Assembly: GCA_965285935.1 (NCBI GenBank)
Contig: OZ260662.1
Coordinates: 94,054,001-94,118,000, forward strand
Source: Ophelia neglecta
Taxonomy: Eukaryota
Length of the DNA: 64,000 nucleotides
Reading direction: 5' to 3'
Shown here in pieces: positions 41,451-54,200 of the stretch (its first letter is position 1; each line of letters begins with the position of its first letter). Both the position numbers and the translations under genes were made by a program. A model generated the notes under the pieces. The model did no database searches. It was not told where the DNA came from and worked only from the letters and a program-made list of their open reading frames with translations.

Positions 41451-42699
41451 CAGTGTGAAACTGTGGTCCGTAATATTGCTTACTGTGTGGTCCCACCTAT
41501 GTCTGATGCGAAAAGGTCGACTAGAGGGTTAAAGTGAAAAGAGTTTTATTACTGCCGGTCAAAAAAGAAAACACGTCGGTATGCGACTTGAAACGCCACA
41601 TAAGTTTATTTCAGCAGTACAAGCAGTATTTGTTTAAATAGTTCAACTATTAACAATTCTCAATAATTTATAATAATTAATTATAGTTAAACTTCTCATT
41701 CTATCGGGTCTTCTCATTAGAATCTCCTATAAGGTTGATACAATGAGTTAATACTGTTGAATGTAAATTGAAAGCGAATTCGAGTTTTAATAATTTAGCA
41801 TGAAATTAGACGATCGGATGCATCCTTTTTTTGGCAGAGAACAGGTAATTCAACACATATGTTAAATTGTGTGATGCCGTGAACCTTTCAATATTGCTTG
41901 CGCACGACATAAGTCATTAAAATAATCCATGAACCCGACTCGGAATTGGACAGACTGTACAAATATGTGGTATATCCTGAACGGATTCCGTACCGACATT
42001 CGTAAAACCCACACACGATTCAGATATTAGACAGAGCTTGGTCACAATGAGTGCATTAAGTTTATTGGCTGGGTCAGCATGTGACTAGTCTTTGGATCAA
42101 GGAAAGCAAATAATCGCAGGCTCATGTGTCCTCTATCGGAAATTGAACCAGACTGTTGGACCTCTGTCAATGTGTGCTGTCTACACTGGCTATCATTTAT
42201 TGGATGCTAATACAATTGATCATGTGACCTTTCCTCTTGTGGATTGCACTTTGTATAACCTAACATCGAATTCCAGCTACCGTCAGTCGAAGCAGAAAGT
42301 AGGAGGGAGTATGACTCATAATTGGCTTTTAGGAAGTGCCCTGGAACGGTGGTGCGATTTATTCATATATAACCCAATGGGAGAGCTAGCTTCAAAGTAA
42401 GGTATTTTCATCTGCTTCCTGTCCGGTGCAAATTTATTTTCCTTTATTTAATTATATTGAGCTTATCAACAATTGTAAATAGGCATAAAACTGCACATGC
42501 GCTTCAAATCCACTGAACGAAGGCTACTTATTTGAAGCTGAATATTCGATTATGCACCATAGAGTCGACAAAGGTTGCACTAGTATCAAATATAACATGC
42601 TGGTTTTGATTAGGTCACTTGATGTGCTAAATCATATCAGCACCCTAATCACATATTCGGTGCTATTACCATACAAAAAAGATATTCCATTAACTCTGG

Positions 42700-43000
42700 C
42701 CCTTGCATCAGTTACTTTTCGATTCAGAGGAAATATATTACCTTTCAGTACTATATCTAGCTCGGCACAAGGCCTAATTGCAAACAATCGTGTATGTTCT
42801 ATTTTTTTTTGGAGTGAATCCGTATCATATTATCCATTAAGCATCTCTTTATCTGATACATGCCTATTTACTATTAAATCAAGTGTGTTGCCTTTGCTCT
42901 TAGTCAGTAGTGCTTTCAAAACAATTCTGTTTCTCAAGCACTATTTGCTATTGCTGAAGACCTGTGAACAACGATGATGAAGTTAACATAATCATAGTTG
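42700..43000 (-). mobile_element. LINE AP-endonuclease C-terminal fragment
   Basis: TKSKGNTLDLIVNR resembles the APE motif PTH..G.TLDL.ITR. Confidence 0.35.
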
Positions 43001-43199
43001 AGTAACTGATCGCTAGGAGTAAAGATGTAAAGGCAAGAAGCCTTAAAGAAACGCGTTGAGTACACATTTGATCGAGTGTTAGTGCCTAGATAGCTATACT
43101 TTCATCTCAATGGTAAATGCTTAAGACATCAAAGAAACTAAGGAAACATAAACACGTCGGCTTTTACATATCGTGTGGAAATAAAATAAATGTAACAAA

Positions 43200-44060
43200 A
43201 TCAGAAAGCCAGGACCTTTGATGATTGACCTGAGGATTTAGGGCTTCAATGAAGATGTGTTTGCCCTAAATAAGAACACTAATTGCACTCAAACAACTGT
43301 TCAAATGTGGATATACAGACGTTGTACTTTACATAACGCGGATTCCTTTACACCATAAAGGGTAGAACATTGTGAATCGAACACTGAAGTATAATTGCCA
43401 TCCATTTTGAAGATTTGTATAAGAATTGGCGTATTATGGTCTTGGAAAAAAACTCATGTGTGTAGTTCAATGCAGGGCCAACATCAATGCCCTGATATCA
43501 ATTTGAACACCCTTTTTGGCATGTTAACTTTATCCTGTCTTCCCAAACAATCATATCACATATCAAAAACCAACTAAATACGCTGCTGGCTAAAATCCAC
43601 AAATACACCAGAAACTAGGTCAAAGTTAATCAGTGCGGGCTGATTAACTGTGTTGGCATTGTCAACATCTGTCGAACAACGCCTTGGGGACAGCAAATAG
43701 AGTATGTCTTGGATGTTTCAGTGGGGTATCTTCCTAATAAATAATGCCCTCGGTTAATTGGAGTTCACTGGAATTCTCATCTGTCGTTCCATACTGAAAA
43801 TGTAACCTGCCAAAGCCAGAAAAGCTATTAAGCTGTGTCATTTTATGAGAAATTACTGATCTTACGTTGCGTGTTTCACTTGCAAACCAGTGCCGCCGCG
43901 CCAAATATAGTTTGTGCATACACCGATGACTATAATTGGCCTTTCCACAAGACAATTGCTTGGAACCAGAACCACACTAGCGTTAATAAGAAAGCTCAAT
44001 GAAGTAGATGTTGTACCATTGGTCAGATGGGATAACACCACTTTGTGAATAAGGCGCCAC
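43200..44060 (+). mobile_element. LINE reverse transcriptase remnant
   Basis: ILKICIRIGVL.SWKKTHV (G.LP..WK.A.V), NALG...LDVS (ALD....LDISKAF), FPQDNCLEP (VPQGS.LGP), WDNTTL (ADDTTL), in order. Confidence 0.5.
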
Positions 44061-44569
44061 TATTTTAATAAGCTAAGTATCTAGTAATTTCACTATACCC
44101 TCCAAGCCTTTGGAAGAGTTTTGTTTGTGTGCTACTTTCTTTATATAATTTATTTACACTATTAAAACATATTATAAGTTACACATTCCAATTCCTTGAA
44201 TGGATAATCACGTTATAAAATTGTATTAGTCCAGTAAAGTATACAGTACCTAATATCACTGTCATGAGTATCCAAGTACAAAGGATTAAAGATAGGTACA
44301 ATGATAAATGCTCTATACAAGGCTGGGTTGGCAAAAACCGTGTGTATATACCCGGGAGACAAAGCCAAATCATTGATCAAGAATATTCCAGAAAATCGTT
44401 CCGGAATGATCGAGAACCAGCAGCAAATGAACAAACAAACAAATTGAAAGCAAAAAAAAGCTGAGATCACCTGCTATCGGAAGCAGTCAACAGTTTTTTC
44501 ATGACACGGGTCAGATTGCAAAACAAACGAGTAAGTAGGCAAAGTAGAACAGAGATGAAATATGTCCCA

Positions 44570-45250
44570 ATGGAGGGTATGACGTTGTAAGCTCTCTTTT
44601 AGAAACTATAGACGAAAGTGTCTCAGTAAACGCTGAGGAGTAAAAGGTCCCTGAATACTGAAGAGGGATTTGTATCATATTTCCTCGCTGCCTCGTGCTT
44701 TATTACTAATGTAAGGTTAACCACGCACACTAGTGCAACCAGTTTAAACAGTGCAACATACAATCGTATATCAGTAATAAGCAGATGCACAGTCATTGCC
44801 CCTAGCCCCAAGATATGCGGAATGGGTCGCTCATAGTCATTGCAGTAATTTATTACGTAGGTGTGAAACAATGGAAACTAGAACCTACTACTCCGTGCAT
44901 TCAGGAAAGTCATCGGTCATATTTAAACTCTCCTCGAGTCTGATGCAATCCTTAATTAGATTTCATCAGGCCTCCAGGCGGCTGTTATACCTAGATATAT
45001 TGATGGAATAGTGATCCGTGAAAATGCCCTCTCTTTAGTGTCCCTGATCAGTACTTTTGACAATGTCGACGTATAAACCCAATATGTTGGGAAAAAGGAA
45101 TAAATAAACCCAATGCATTTTTTATTAATAAATCCCATATTATTTCCAGTTACACTAGAATATATTGAATACACCATTTAACCAAGTATATTTTTCTTGG
45201 TGGCAACGGGTACACCTGTGCCTTTCATAAAACACTATAGCCAATGACTT
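44570..45250 (-). mobile_element. CR1-like LINE 3' remnant
   Basis: NNMGFINK (LGFI.R), TKERAFSRITIP...AAWRP (K..AY..LVRP.LEY...W.P), RLEE, LGAMTV...RL..LFKL, YSF*KRAYNVIP (YSF..R...WN.LP). Confidence 0.5.
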
Positions 45251-45399
45251 TTGTTATAATTATGATGTCGAACGGAAGCATACAAAGTTCACCATATACG
45301 ATATCATAAGATGTGGGCCTTTTATGTCTTGTCACATATTTACAAAAGATGTAGCCGTGCAGTTTTAATTACATGGTTAATAATTACACTGCATATTTC

Positions 45400-47450
45400 A
45401 CATCCATATGTCACGATGGGAACTATCAATTTGTCAGCTCCAATATAGCTTCTATGTCCAAGGGAAGAATATTAGGTAGAGCTCTGTTAAACAGGCTAAT
45501 AGTTACCTTTCGTTCCAAGGCTATACAAATATCAAAGTTACTGTAGGCATGGCGATCTGGCAACATACATTCATAATGCTTTACACTTTAAATTTTAAAA
45601 CTAGTATCGAACCTAGCGTGTTGGACGTTCAGCTTATTGAAATGTGTGCTGCAGGTCTAACGAAAAGTATTACATTAGCAAATATATAGACCACCTAGAA
45701 ATGCCGGGAAAAATTATCGTAAATTCTACAGTAAGCCATCAGTAGTCCTTGGTCACTAAGAAAACTCAACAAATGAGATGGTGCTGGCTGGTGATTATGT
45801 CATAAACCTACTTCATCTACATAAAAATCCTACACAATTCCAGTTCTACGAACTCTTAACAAATTACGCTACCAACTAAAAATTCAGCGATAATTTCTTA
45901 TATACATTTACCCCTTGAATGCAACATGCTATTGCAGGCGTCCTCTTACACAAGCTTACCGATCATCAGCCATATTTTATCTCAAATAACATTGGTCCGC
46001 CGCTAATACCTTAATATCACTAGTGTTGGTGTCATTGCATTAATAGTTTTGATAAAGGGAATGACTGGATGACAATGGGTAATATACGATCCATAAACTA
46101 AAGGGATAAACTTTACAATAGGGTGCTTTGCTCACTTCAGTATATGCCATTCCATTCCGTGAAAAAAAATCTCAATACATACAACAGAATTTTCAAGGAG
46201 ATTATTGGAAACAAATGCACTGTGATCAGCAGTTTACAAATTATAAATCCATTAAACTTGGCTCTTGATAAGGGAAGTCCTCAAAAACTATCAACAAGAA
46301 GTAATTAGTGAAACCTTCAGAATTGATAGGAATTCCGTTACTGACCACCAGTCGATTGCAGTTCAATTTTTTCTCTCACTAATAAAGGTAAAATAGGTGA
46401 TGACCTGGCTAAACAAATTGTATGACCTGCGAACAAATCTTATAAAGATTACCTTAAACTTGACCCCCAAGTTCCATCAAATTTGCAAAGAAAATTAAAA
46501 AATAATAGAGAATCTAAAAGTTGAAACTAGCTGTAGGCATGACGGCCTCTCTACTTTTAAAATTGATTAAACGTACTGTAATTTCTCCTATAACTGTAAT
46601 GATAAACCAGCGCATATTTGCAGGGATATTACCCGACAAGCTAAACATAAAAAAGCAAATAAAAGCAAAGATAGCCCCCTTTTTTCAAAAAGACGATGTT
46701 CAATCAGTTGATAATTATCGGCCAATATCGATTTAACCATCCATATCAAAAATCTTCTTGGCCAACTCTATGCCTTTTCCAAAATAATAATATTTTGTAT
46801 GACACCCAATATGTTTTCGGCAAAAACCACTCAACCGAACTAGCTTTTCTGGAATTAAACGATAGGATTTTGTCGCATGGGGATAAGGTAAAAAAAACAT
46901 ACCTAAAGATGTATGGACAAGAGTATAGCTTTTGCCACCATCGACTACTTATTATGACCCTTAGAAATTAAACCTGGTATTACCCAGTGTTTTCTTCTAG
47001 GCCCCTTTCCTTTCATAGTATAACTGAACTCAATAAAGCTAGCAGCAATTTCATGTCAATAATCTATGCAGGTGATACCACTCTGTCTACTACACTTCAC
47101 ATCTAAAGTCAAATAATAACCATTGTGTCATTTCGGAAAATGACTGTTAAAATTAATAATCAGGAAATTGAATGTGTGGATGATTTGATTTTCTTGGCCT
47201 CTCAATTTAAAAATCTATGAATAGGGAATCACACATTAGCAAATTAACAAAAAAAGATTACAGAAATCCTAAATCGTCTGACGAAAACACTATCAAGTGA
47301 AATTTTACATTTTTGGTTCCCATGAAAAGTAAATATAATACCCATACTGAACCCATATTAAAGAAACTACATCTGCCCAAGTAAGATGATTTATAAATTT
47401 ATGATAAACAATCTCGATTTCTTTTATAAACATCAAAATGTAAGTCTTCG
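45400..47450 (+). mobile_element. Near-complete but decayed LINE ORF2 (APE endonuclease + RT + C-terminal domain), CR1/L2 group
   Basis: HGDLATYIH, IYRPP, LAGDYVINLL, LTDHQPYF, WMTMG, ISPITVMINQ..GILPDKL, KIAPFFQKDD...NYRPISI, QYVFGKNHSTELAFLELNDRI, LGP, YAGDTTL, HTEPILKKLHL, all in the correct order with many stops and frameshifts. Confidence 0.88.
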
Positions 47451-49769
47451 TCGAGGAAGCAACAGCCAAGGAGACTTCTTCGACAATAGTAAATTTAGAT
47501 CAAATTGATAGAGATAGCAATCGTTTATGATAAATTTTAAAAGAACTTTATGGCCATCATACTTAATTCTGTGCTCGAAAATAATTGATTTACATGGCGT
47601 AGATCTAGTATAAGCACAATATGCTGTGGTCCACCTTTCTCAATTTTGAAAATCCTTGGTTGAATTCTACTCGATTTGTGATTTGGCAGACAAATAGGTG
47701 GCAGAAACTCATGAAAGTTATGATATAACTGGATTGTATATATCTTAGCACTGGCTTTGTTGCATATTATAATAATAATATGCTCTGGGCCTCGCTACGA
47801 CGGATATATCCACAACGTTTTGTTCATATTCATCAACATCATTCACATCTGATATTAGCTTTAAGGGAACGAATTATTTTAACATATACTGATTTCAGGA
47901 AGTTCATTTGTGAATACAAAGATTGCATTGTGAAAGGTAACAGTGTCATTCATAGCACAGTTTTCTACAACTGAACAAGTTTTGCGTTTTTCTGACATTG
48001 AGTTGACTTTAATTATTCAATTGTTTGTCGAAAATGAAATGTCCTGATATCTAGATGGTCCAGGGCGAGCTTCAATAGCGGGCATTCATTCCGGAAGTGT
48101 GACATGGAGACGCAGTGGAAACTTTCTTCTTTTTTCATATGCCTCGTGGCCTGTGCGGCAGGTATCGGGGAGCTCTGATCCCATAGGCTCTGTGAACGTT
48201 GAGATCCGTAGGATCTGTAGTTCCTGGTTTTTGTAATTTTGCGTAGTACGGTTGATATCTTGAGCGCCTTCTACATCCCCTCGAGGCAGCTTTGGCCCCC
48301 AGTTTCTGCTTTCTATTTAATTAACAAGTAGACTTATATTTATATCAAACATTTAAGAATTGTACTGAGAATAAATATTTGTGTAAAAATATTTGAAATA
48401 TTTAAGTCATAAACACATTCATATTAATATACCCAGTTAACCCAACAAAACATAGTAAATGCCATTATACAAGAATACCTTTTATGTATTATCAATAACA
48501 CATCCATACAGCAGACGGCATTTTATTTAATTCGAAATTTTGTAATTACACTCTGCTTTTAGGGGAATACCTAAGTCATATGAGATTACATTTGTTGCGT
48601 CGTCAACTTTAAACCATAATCATTGTTTTACATAAGTTGTCCTTACTTGTTTACATTGAGTAAACATCTTTTGATCTGGTTGGATAATCGAAAGTATTTT
48701 TATTTCTTAAAAGGAAAACCTTCTTGAATAAACAACAGCAAGTGATATCATGATATCATATTTAATCATATTATCTTGGTGTTGATGGGCCAGCGACCGA
48801 AGGGGCCTTATGAACCCAAACCGTGTTTTATAGGTTTTTTTCGGGATTACAAATTGTCGTTTGACTGGCGGGTATCTTTCCCCAGTTTTCTACTTGACAA
48901 TGTGCCGCAGTCTTCATATCCCACCAGAAGCTTTAAATGGAATGCAATTGACGTCAGGTTAAGCTCAAATTCTCTAAATACTTACCACATATTAAATTAA
49001 TGCATGTCCTGGAAAGCTATCTTTCTCCTGAAACAATATATCAATGGATCCACTGTAGCTTTTAGCCATGCCTTATTGTATAATGAGGTCATGCCAATAT
49101 TTTTATCAGATAACGAATATAAATAATCGTCTCCCGTCGATCAGAATAAATTATGAATTATTTTCTAGTAGTAATGAGAGAAGCACCAACGAAAACAAAG
49201 GCCATACTGACCCCGGACACATCACACGCGCTTCAGTTACCAATTACTGTCGCTTTAAGTGATTGATGCTAATGTTTGAATCAGTAAGAATCAATGGCCG
49301 AAAGTTGGGATTTCTTCTGCTATGAATTGGAAATCTAGCGGGGAGTTATTGTTGTTATGAGTAAAACATAAACGCCGTCCTATTCCAGATATTAAAATAA
49401 TCTGCTGTCTCGCCATTGAGTCTTAAGCACTGATTTAACGTTGGGCGAGCACCGGATAACGTTTTGGACTAAATTCGATGGTGTTACGGTTGCCTTTTTG
49501 ATGATAATCCATGTGTGATTGATGGCAGTAGAACTTTGGAACCATTATTTGTGTTATAGGCTCTGGGTTTTTTCTGGCAAACGGGCAGTCGCGTCAGCAA
49601 CTTCTGGTAAAAGAATTGTTTACAAAGCTGTTATTGGCTTAGTCATGAACGAATCAATGAACATCATTTACTTGCTGCCGTTTTTGTGAGGTTAGGACTT
49701 ATTTCATTGTCGTTGATAAATTTCTTAACCTCCCCCCCCCCCTGCCCTAGAAAAAAAAACATCAAATGA

Positions 49770-50200
49770 ATGTGGGTGATCTCACTGGTCCTCAAAGGGT
49801 CCCTATCTCGTAGTATGAAGAGCCCCAGACATGACGCCACTAGTACAATCGTGCTAAATCAAAAGCAATCATTGTGATACTGTATCCATATTTACCTCTA
49901 GTGGAAGAACCATACAGACATGTTTCCCCCTTCTTTCCTTCTCCAATCGAATACATTCTTAAACTGTCCGATATCCCATTAGAAAATATGTCCGAATTCC
50001 GAAGGATAATCTTATTATATGAGAAGAGAAATCCTGACAATCTGCATTTAGGCCCAAAACACAAGATACAAAGAACAGGTTTGGTCTAATTCTCCAACCC
50101 CCTCGCTTATTTCTTCTAATTCCATTTTGATCAGCGGAAGGTGTATACTGTTTATTTTGTATCCAGGACCAATAAATGATGTCGCAGGAATATGAACTGC
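49770..50200 (-). mobile_element. LINE reverse transcriptase remnant
   Basis: IRPNLF (YRPISL), SFGIR (QFGFR), KKGKHVCMVLPLEVNMDTVSQ*LLL (DKG...VFLDL.KAFDTV.H.ILL), GTL*GP (GS.LGP). Confidence 0.45.
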
Positions 50201-51979
50201 ATTGATTGTATTTGCACGATTCATCCTGACTTCTAGGAAATTAATTCCCCAAGTCGGGTTTTAGTTACCGGCGCATTTCCCCAGGTCAACCCTCGTGCTC
50301 GAATATTAACTCGTAGACCAGCTTCTAAATATAGCTTTGAAAAATACAAACACAGCTTGTAGAAACCAAGATTTGTGCACCTTTTGAGCCTACAGATGAA
50401 TACAAAAGTTATTTCGAATTTTAAATAACGAATCAAAAGTTGTAGGTATAAATACACGATCACATTAGCCATTTAGGAACTAAAGAGTACATTATGTTGT
50501 TATTTTACCAACTTTATTGCTTCACGGTTAGACCAAATACACAGTATACCAAGTCCAATTAATAATTCCATCAGGAAATAGCCATACACGTTCCCGGAAT
50601 TGAGCAGAATTTGATCACATGAAGTGCATTAACTTTATTGCCCTGGTCAACAAACGGCAAAATCTTTGCCACGAGGAAAGCAAATACTACGAGTCTCGTT
50701 TGTCGTGGGGCGGAAATTGGAGCAGATGGGGTGGACTGGTCAATACATCAATTCACTGAGCATCATTATTTGAGTAAAACGTTTGGTTGAGTGATATTTA
50801 ATCCTGTCGAGTAGACCGGCAAAGTTTGACAAGCAATCGATGATTTAGGATTTTATCAATCCTGGTTTAGTTATTTCTTACTTGGAAGTAGAATAATACC
50901 GGATCATTCAATACCAATAAAATAAGCACATCACATCAGTCAGCGGAGCTTTAAACAAACTAAATGTTCCGAAAAAACATTGATCTATGATTATTATCAT
51001 CCATTTCCCACCGGTGAGTCCGGCTCTTCCTTGTAATTATGTCCAGCAAGTCGACAGTTCATAAAATAAGCGCATCGACTTTATATAAACACACAAAATG
51101 GCTGGATTGTCCATCGTCTCCACTATTCTTGAAGACGTTAATATATAACAGATTAGTTAATGCAATAATGATGGTTAGACAACTGTGAAATTTCAATATC
51201 ATACAATCGAATTAGAATGATAATAACATTTTCGATGCGAACAGAGCTATCTTAAAGCAAAACAAAAATACTGTCCCTAAACGCATTGAATCTGATCTTC
51301 TTAAAAAAGGTTTTAAATCCTGTCCAAAGAGAAACTGATATACTGATCTCTAGTAGCCATAAATCAAGAGAAACTAGTCGTTCTGACATAAGGATAGTCC
51401 CTATGGAAAAGAGATTGTACCCGAGGGAATCCGCCTAAAAGATCAGGCTTAACCCAACACCTTCATTTATCAAAGAATAATGTTATCTTGGCTCCAGACT
51501 TTGACGATTATTTGTCGGTTTATAATCTTTGGACATTTGCTGACAAAATATGTACTTCATAGGCTCTATGCTGGTGATGACCAGGAATTTCGACTCGTAT
51601 TATTTTGTAGTATGTTGTCTTTCTTAAATATATATAGATAAGTTTTTGTTTCGAGAAGAGTATCACAATAATTACACATATTGAATGATATATGATAAAT
51701 ATATAAATGATAAACTCACAAACGGGAGCATAAGGGGGGCGTTTAGCCCATCAATATGGGTTATAATGGGCTAATATCACACTAGATAGCATCAATATTT
51801 TGTATATAGTACCTTATGGTGATTTTTTCTAATGGTAAGCCGGTATATGAAATACTGGCGCATTAGTTTTAATAATACCGGATTATCGCCGCTATGGCTA
51901 TTATAAATGTGATAAAAGAGACACATTTGCTTAGAAACTGGAACAACAATCTGGGTAAGCCATTAATAGTTTCATCAAT

Positions 51980-52305
51980 GTTGATTAAGTCCTATTTTGA
52001 GTGTCCAGGGCGAAGTGTGTAACATATTAAAAACACGTTCCATTTGTTTGCTATCTAGACGAGGCTGCTTTAATGTTTATTCGGTGTGTGAGTTGTTGGT
52101 TTTTCCCATTTCTATATTATTTCGGGTCATCGCCAACCAATTTTCCTTTCTCCTTGCGTTAGAATCCAGTGCTATCTCATGTGAACAAATTATTTTATCA
52201 ATGACGATAAGCCATATTGTCCATTATTGCTGCTCTGTTGGCATATCGATTAGTAATGTCCCTGCATTCGTTCCGACGATAATAATACAGTTGCCTACAG
52301 TTTAG
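51980..52305 (-). mobile_element. THAP-domain-like coding remnant of a DNA transposon, copy 2
   Basis: One reading frame with two stops: VGNCIIIVGTN...CSHEIALDSNARRKENWLAMTRNNIEMGKTNNS...HTSPWTLKIG (THAP: C.I.GC.N ... RR..WL.A..R ... HPDW.PTL.LG). Homologous to 39603-39730. Confidence 0.5.
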
Positions 52306-52439
52306 CGGAACAGTACTCAGCGTATTGTATCACCGCCTAAGCAAGGAACGTTGAGAACATACATGCATTGTATCCGTAAATTAAAATGACTCCGAGTACA
52401 GCAAATGACATATTTCGCATAATTAGTGTGTTTGAATAG

Positions 52440-52642
52440 CAGTGGCGGATCCAGGATTTCAGGAAGGGGGGGGGGGGGGCAAAATTTCCAAAGTTGACAA
52501 GGCCAATGTCTGGATTGTTCCCGGTACCAACCCTCTGAAACCACCTTGCGTAGGTCCGGAAATAGGCCCTGGTCCGGGCCCACTTTTTGGCAAAAGGGGG
52601 GGGGGTGTCCCCTGCCACCCCCCCCCCCTAAATCCGCCACTG
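52440..52642. mobile_element. hAT-like MITE, 203 bp
   Basis: CAGTGGCGGATCCAGG ... CCTAAATCCGCCACTG: 11-bp perfect TIR (14/16 extended) with subterminal poly-G/poly-C tracts and a GC-rich interior in AT-rich flanks. Flanks ttgaatag / gatagtat do not give a clean 8-bp TSD. Confidence 0.8.
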
Positions 52643-53329
52643 GATAGTATAAATAGTTGAATCTAGCGAGAAATGTGACGTATTAACTCCGTTTGCTTTA
52701 TATAAACAAGGGCAGAAACGGTATTTCAAAATCTAGTCGCCTCTAGTCGAAGCTATCAACACCATGTTAGTATAACCTTATTGAAAAATGATAAAATGAT
52801 TATCTTACTCAGATAATATAGTTTGCCTTATTAATTTATCTTCAAAAGTTGTGTTCATTGACTATGTATTATCTTTCTAGCAGCAACCTGTGCACGAAGG
52901 GACCACTTTTAATGGGTCTTTGCATGTACAGGTGTTGTAAACATACAAAACATTATGCATGGTGTATGTTTTGTTCCAGGTTCACACGATGACATTATTG
53001 CCCCAAGCCATGGAGCTTTACGCACCTTAACTGTATCGGATTCCCCGGGAACACACTAGGAGGCTGCCTATGAACAAAGACTGTGGCATTCGATAATGGC
53101 TTTCTTATCCAGCAGGCCCATAGGTCTTCTTCCGCGAGAAGAGAGGCAAAATAAGGCAACTACCCGGGCGCAGGTCATAGAGAAGTGAACCGACCGGGAA
53201 ACAATCCTCTGATATTTGTCAGGAAGTCGCCCTTCATGATCACTCTATATGAACACCTTGAATAAGAGTACTGCACCATATGCAGTTTAAAGAAATCGTT
53301 AGCGACTTACTGTGTCAAGTATATAGCAT

Positions 53330-54200
53330 CCACAATGGATGCACGTCCATGGAATGCAGAAACAAATCACACCTTGCATTTCGGGAGCTAATGATACAAA
53401 GTTATTATCAAAAGACGAATTATGTCGGGAAATAAAAATATGCATTGACATGAACAGCGTAGTTGGCCAAATATAATGAGCCTGCGTGTTATTTTTAATG
53501 TGCCTAGGGGGATTTCTTCGTCCAAGCCACACGTTAGTTGTCTTAACATTCTTGCTCGACAATAGTCTACATATTTGTAATCCCTATTCTAGGACAAATC
53601 TAAAGCTACCGCTTTTTTTCCGAATTTGTTATCCATTCTTCTTCGTTACCCTATTATAGACAAAGCTAGTTCGCTCCAGGCTGCTTCCTTGTCACTAATA
53701 ACATGTAAGTCGCTTTACTTAAGTTCCCGCTGTTCTAATGTGAAATATTTCGTTTCATGCGTTAGCCCCAAGCATATTAAGCTCGTTTTTATTTTGATCT
53801 ACGTGCGTTTAAAAATACATACACTGGAAACAAATGAATTGAAATATAATTCGGATGTATTGTTGTATTAAAAAGGACCCCGTCTAATACGAAGTGGTTG
53901 TCTTCCTTGTTTTTGAGCGTATCAGTGTTAATTTGTACGGGGATTTAAAGGGGAAAACAGTCGAACAGGGACATTACAAGGTTTCCTAATAGATAAGCCG
54001 AATAATTTCTCGCTGATTATACTAATTCCCCGTCAAATATGCACTGAGCCACAGATTTCAGAAGCCGTATTATCAAAGCCTGAGCGGTGATGTTGAAAAT
54101 CCTTTGTGCTGCTGCAATGACAACACATATTACGTTTCTCCTGCACAGCCGTGTCTTTGATACCAGAGCCACGCCCGACATTACTGGGCCAAACTTAATA
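53330..54200 (-). mobile_element. LINE reverse transcriptase remnant
   Basis: SGFDN/IRLLKSVAQCI, TVFP, SELAL...MDNKFGKKAVALDLS (STELAL...MD.....FLDLSK), QAHYIWPTTLF/VHVN (QGSILGP.LF.IYVND), SFDNN (FADD). Confidence 0.55.

Noticed and set aside
42092-42400. 102-aa plus-strand ORF as a host exon
   Set aside because: Non-ATG start, no recognisable domain and no convincing acceptor site.
43050-43095. Kinesin-like EYTFDRV peptide
   Set aside because: Short match followed by a stop, with no other kinesin motifs or splice support; likely chance.
52317-52660. Gly/Pro-rich ORFs
   Set aside because: Translations of the poly-G/poly-C tracts of the MITE.
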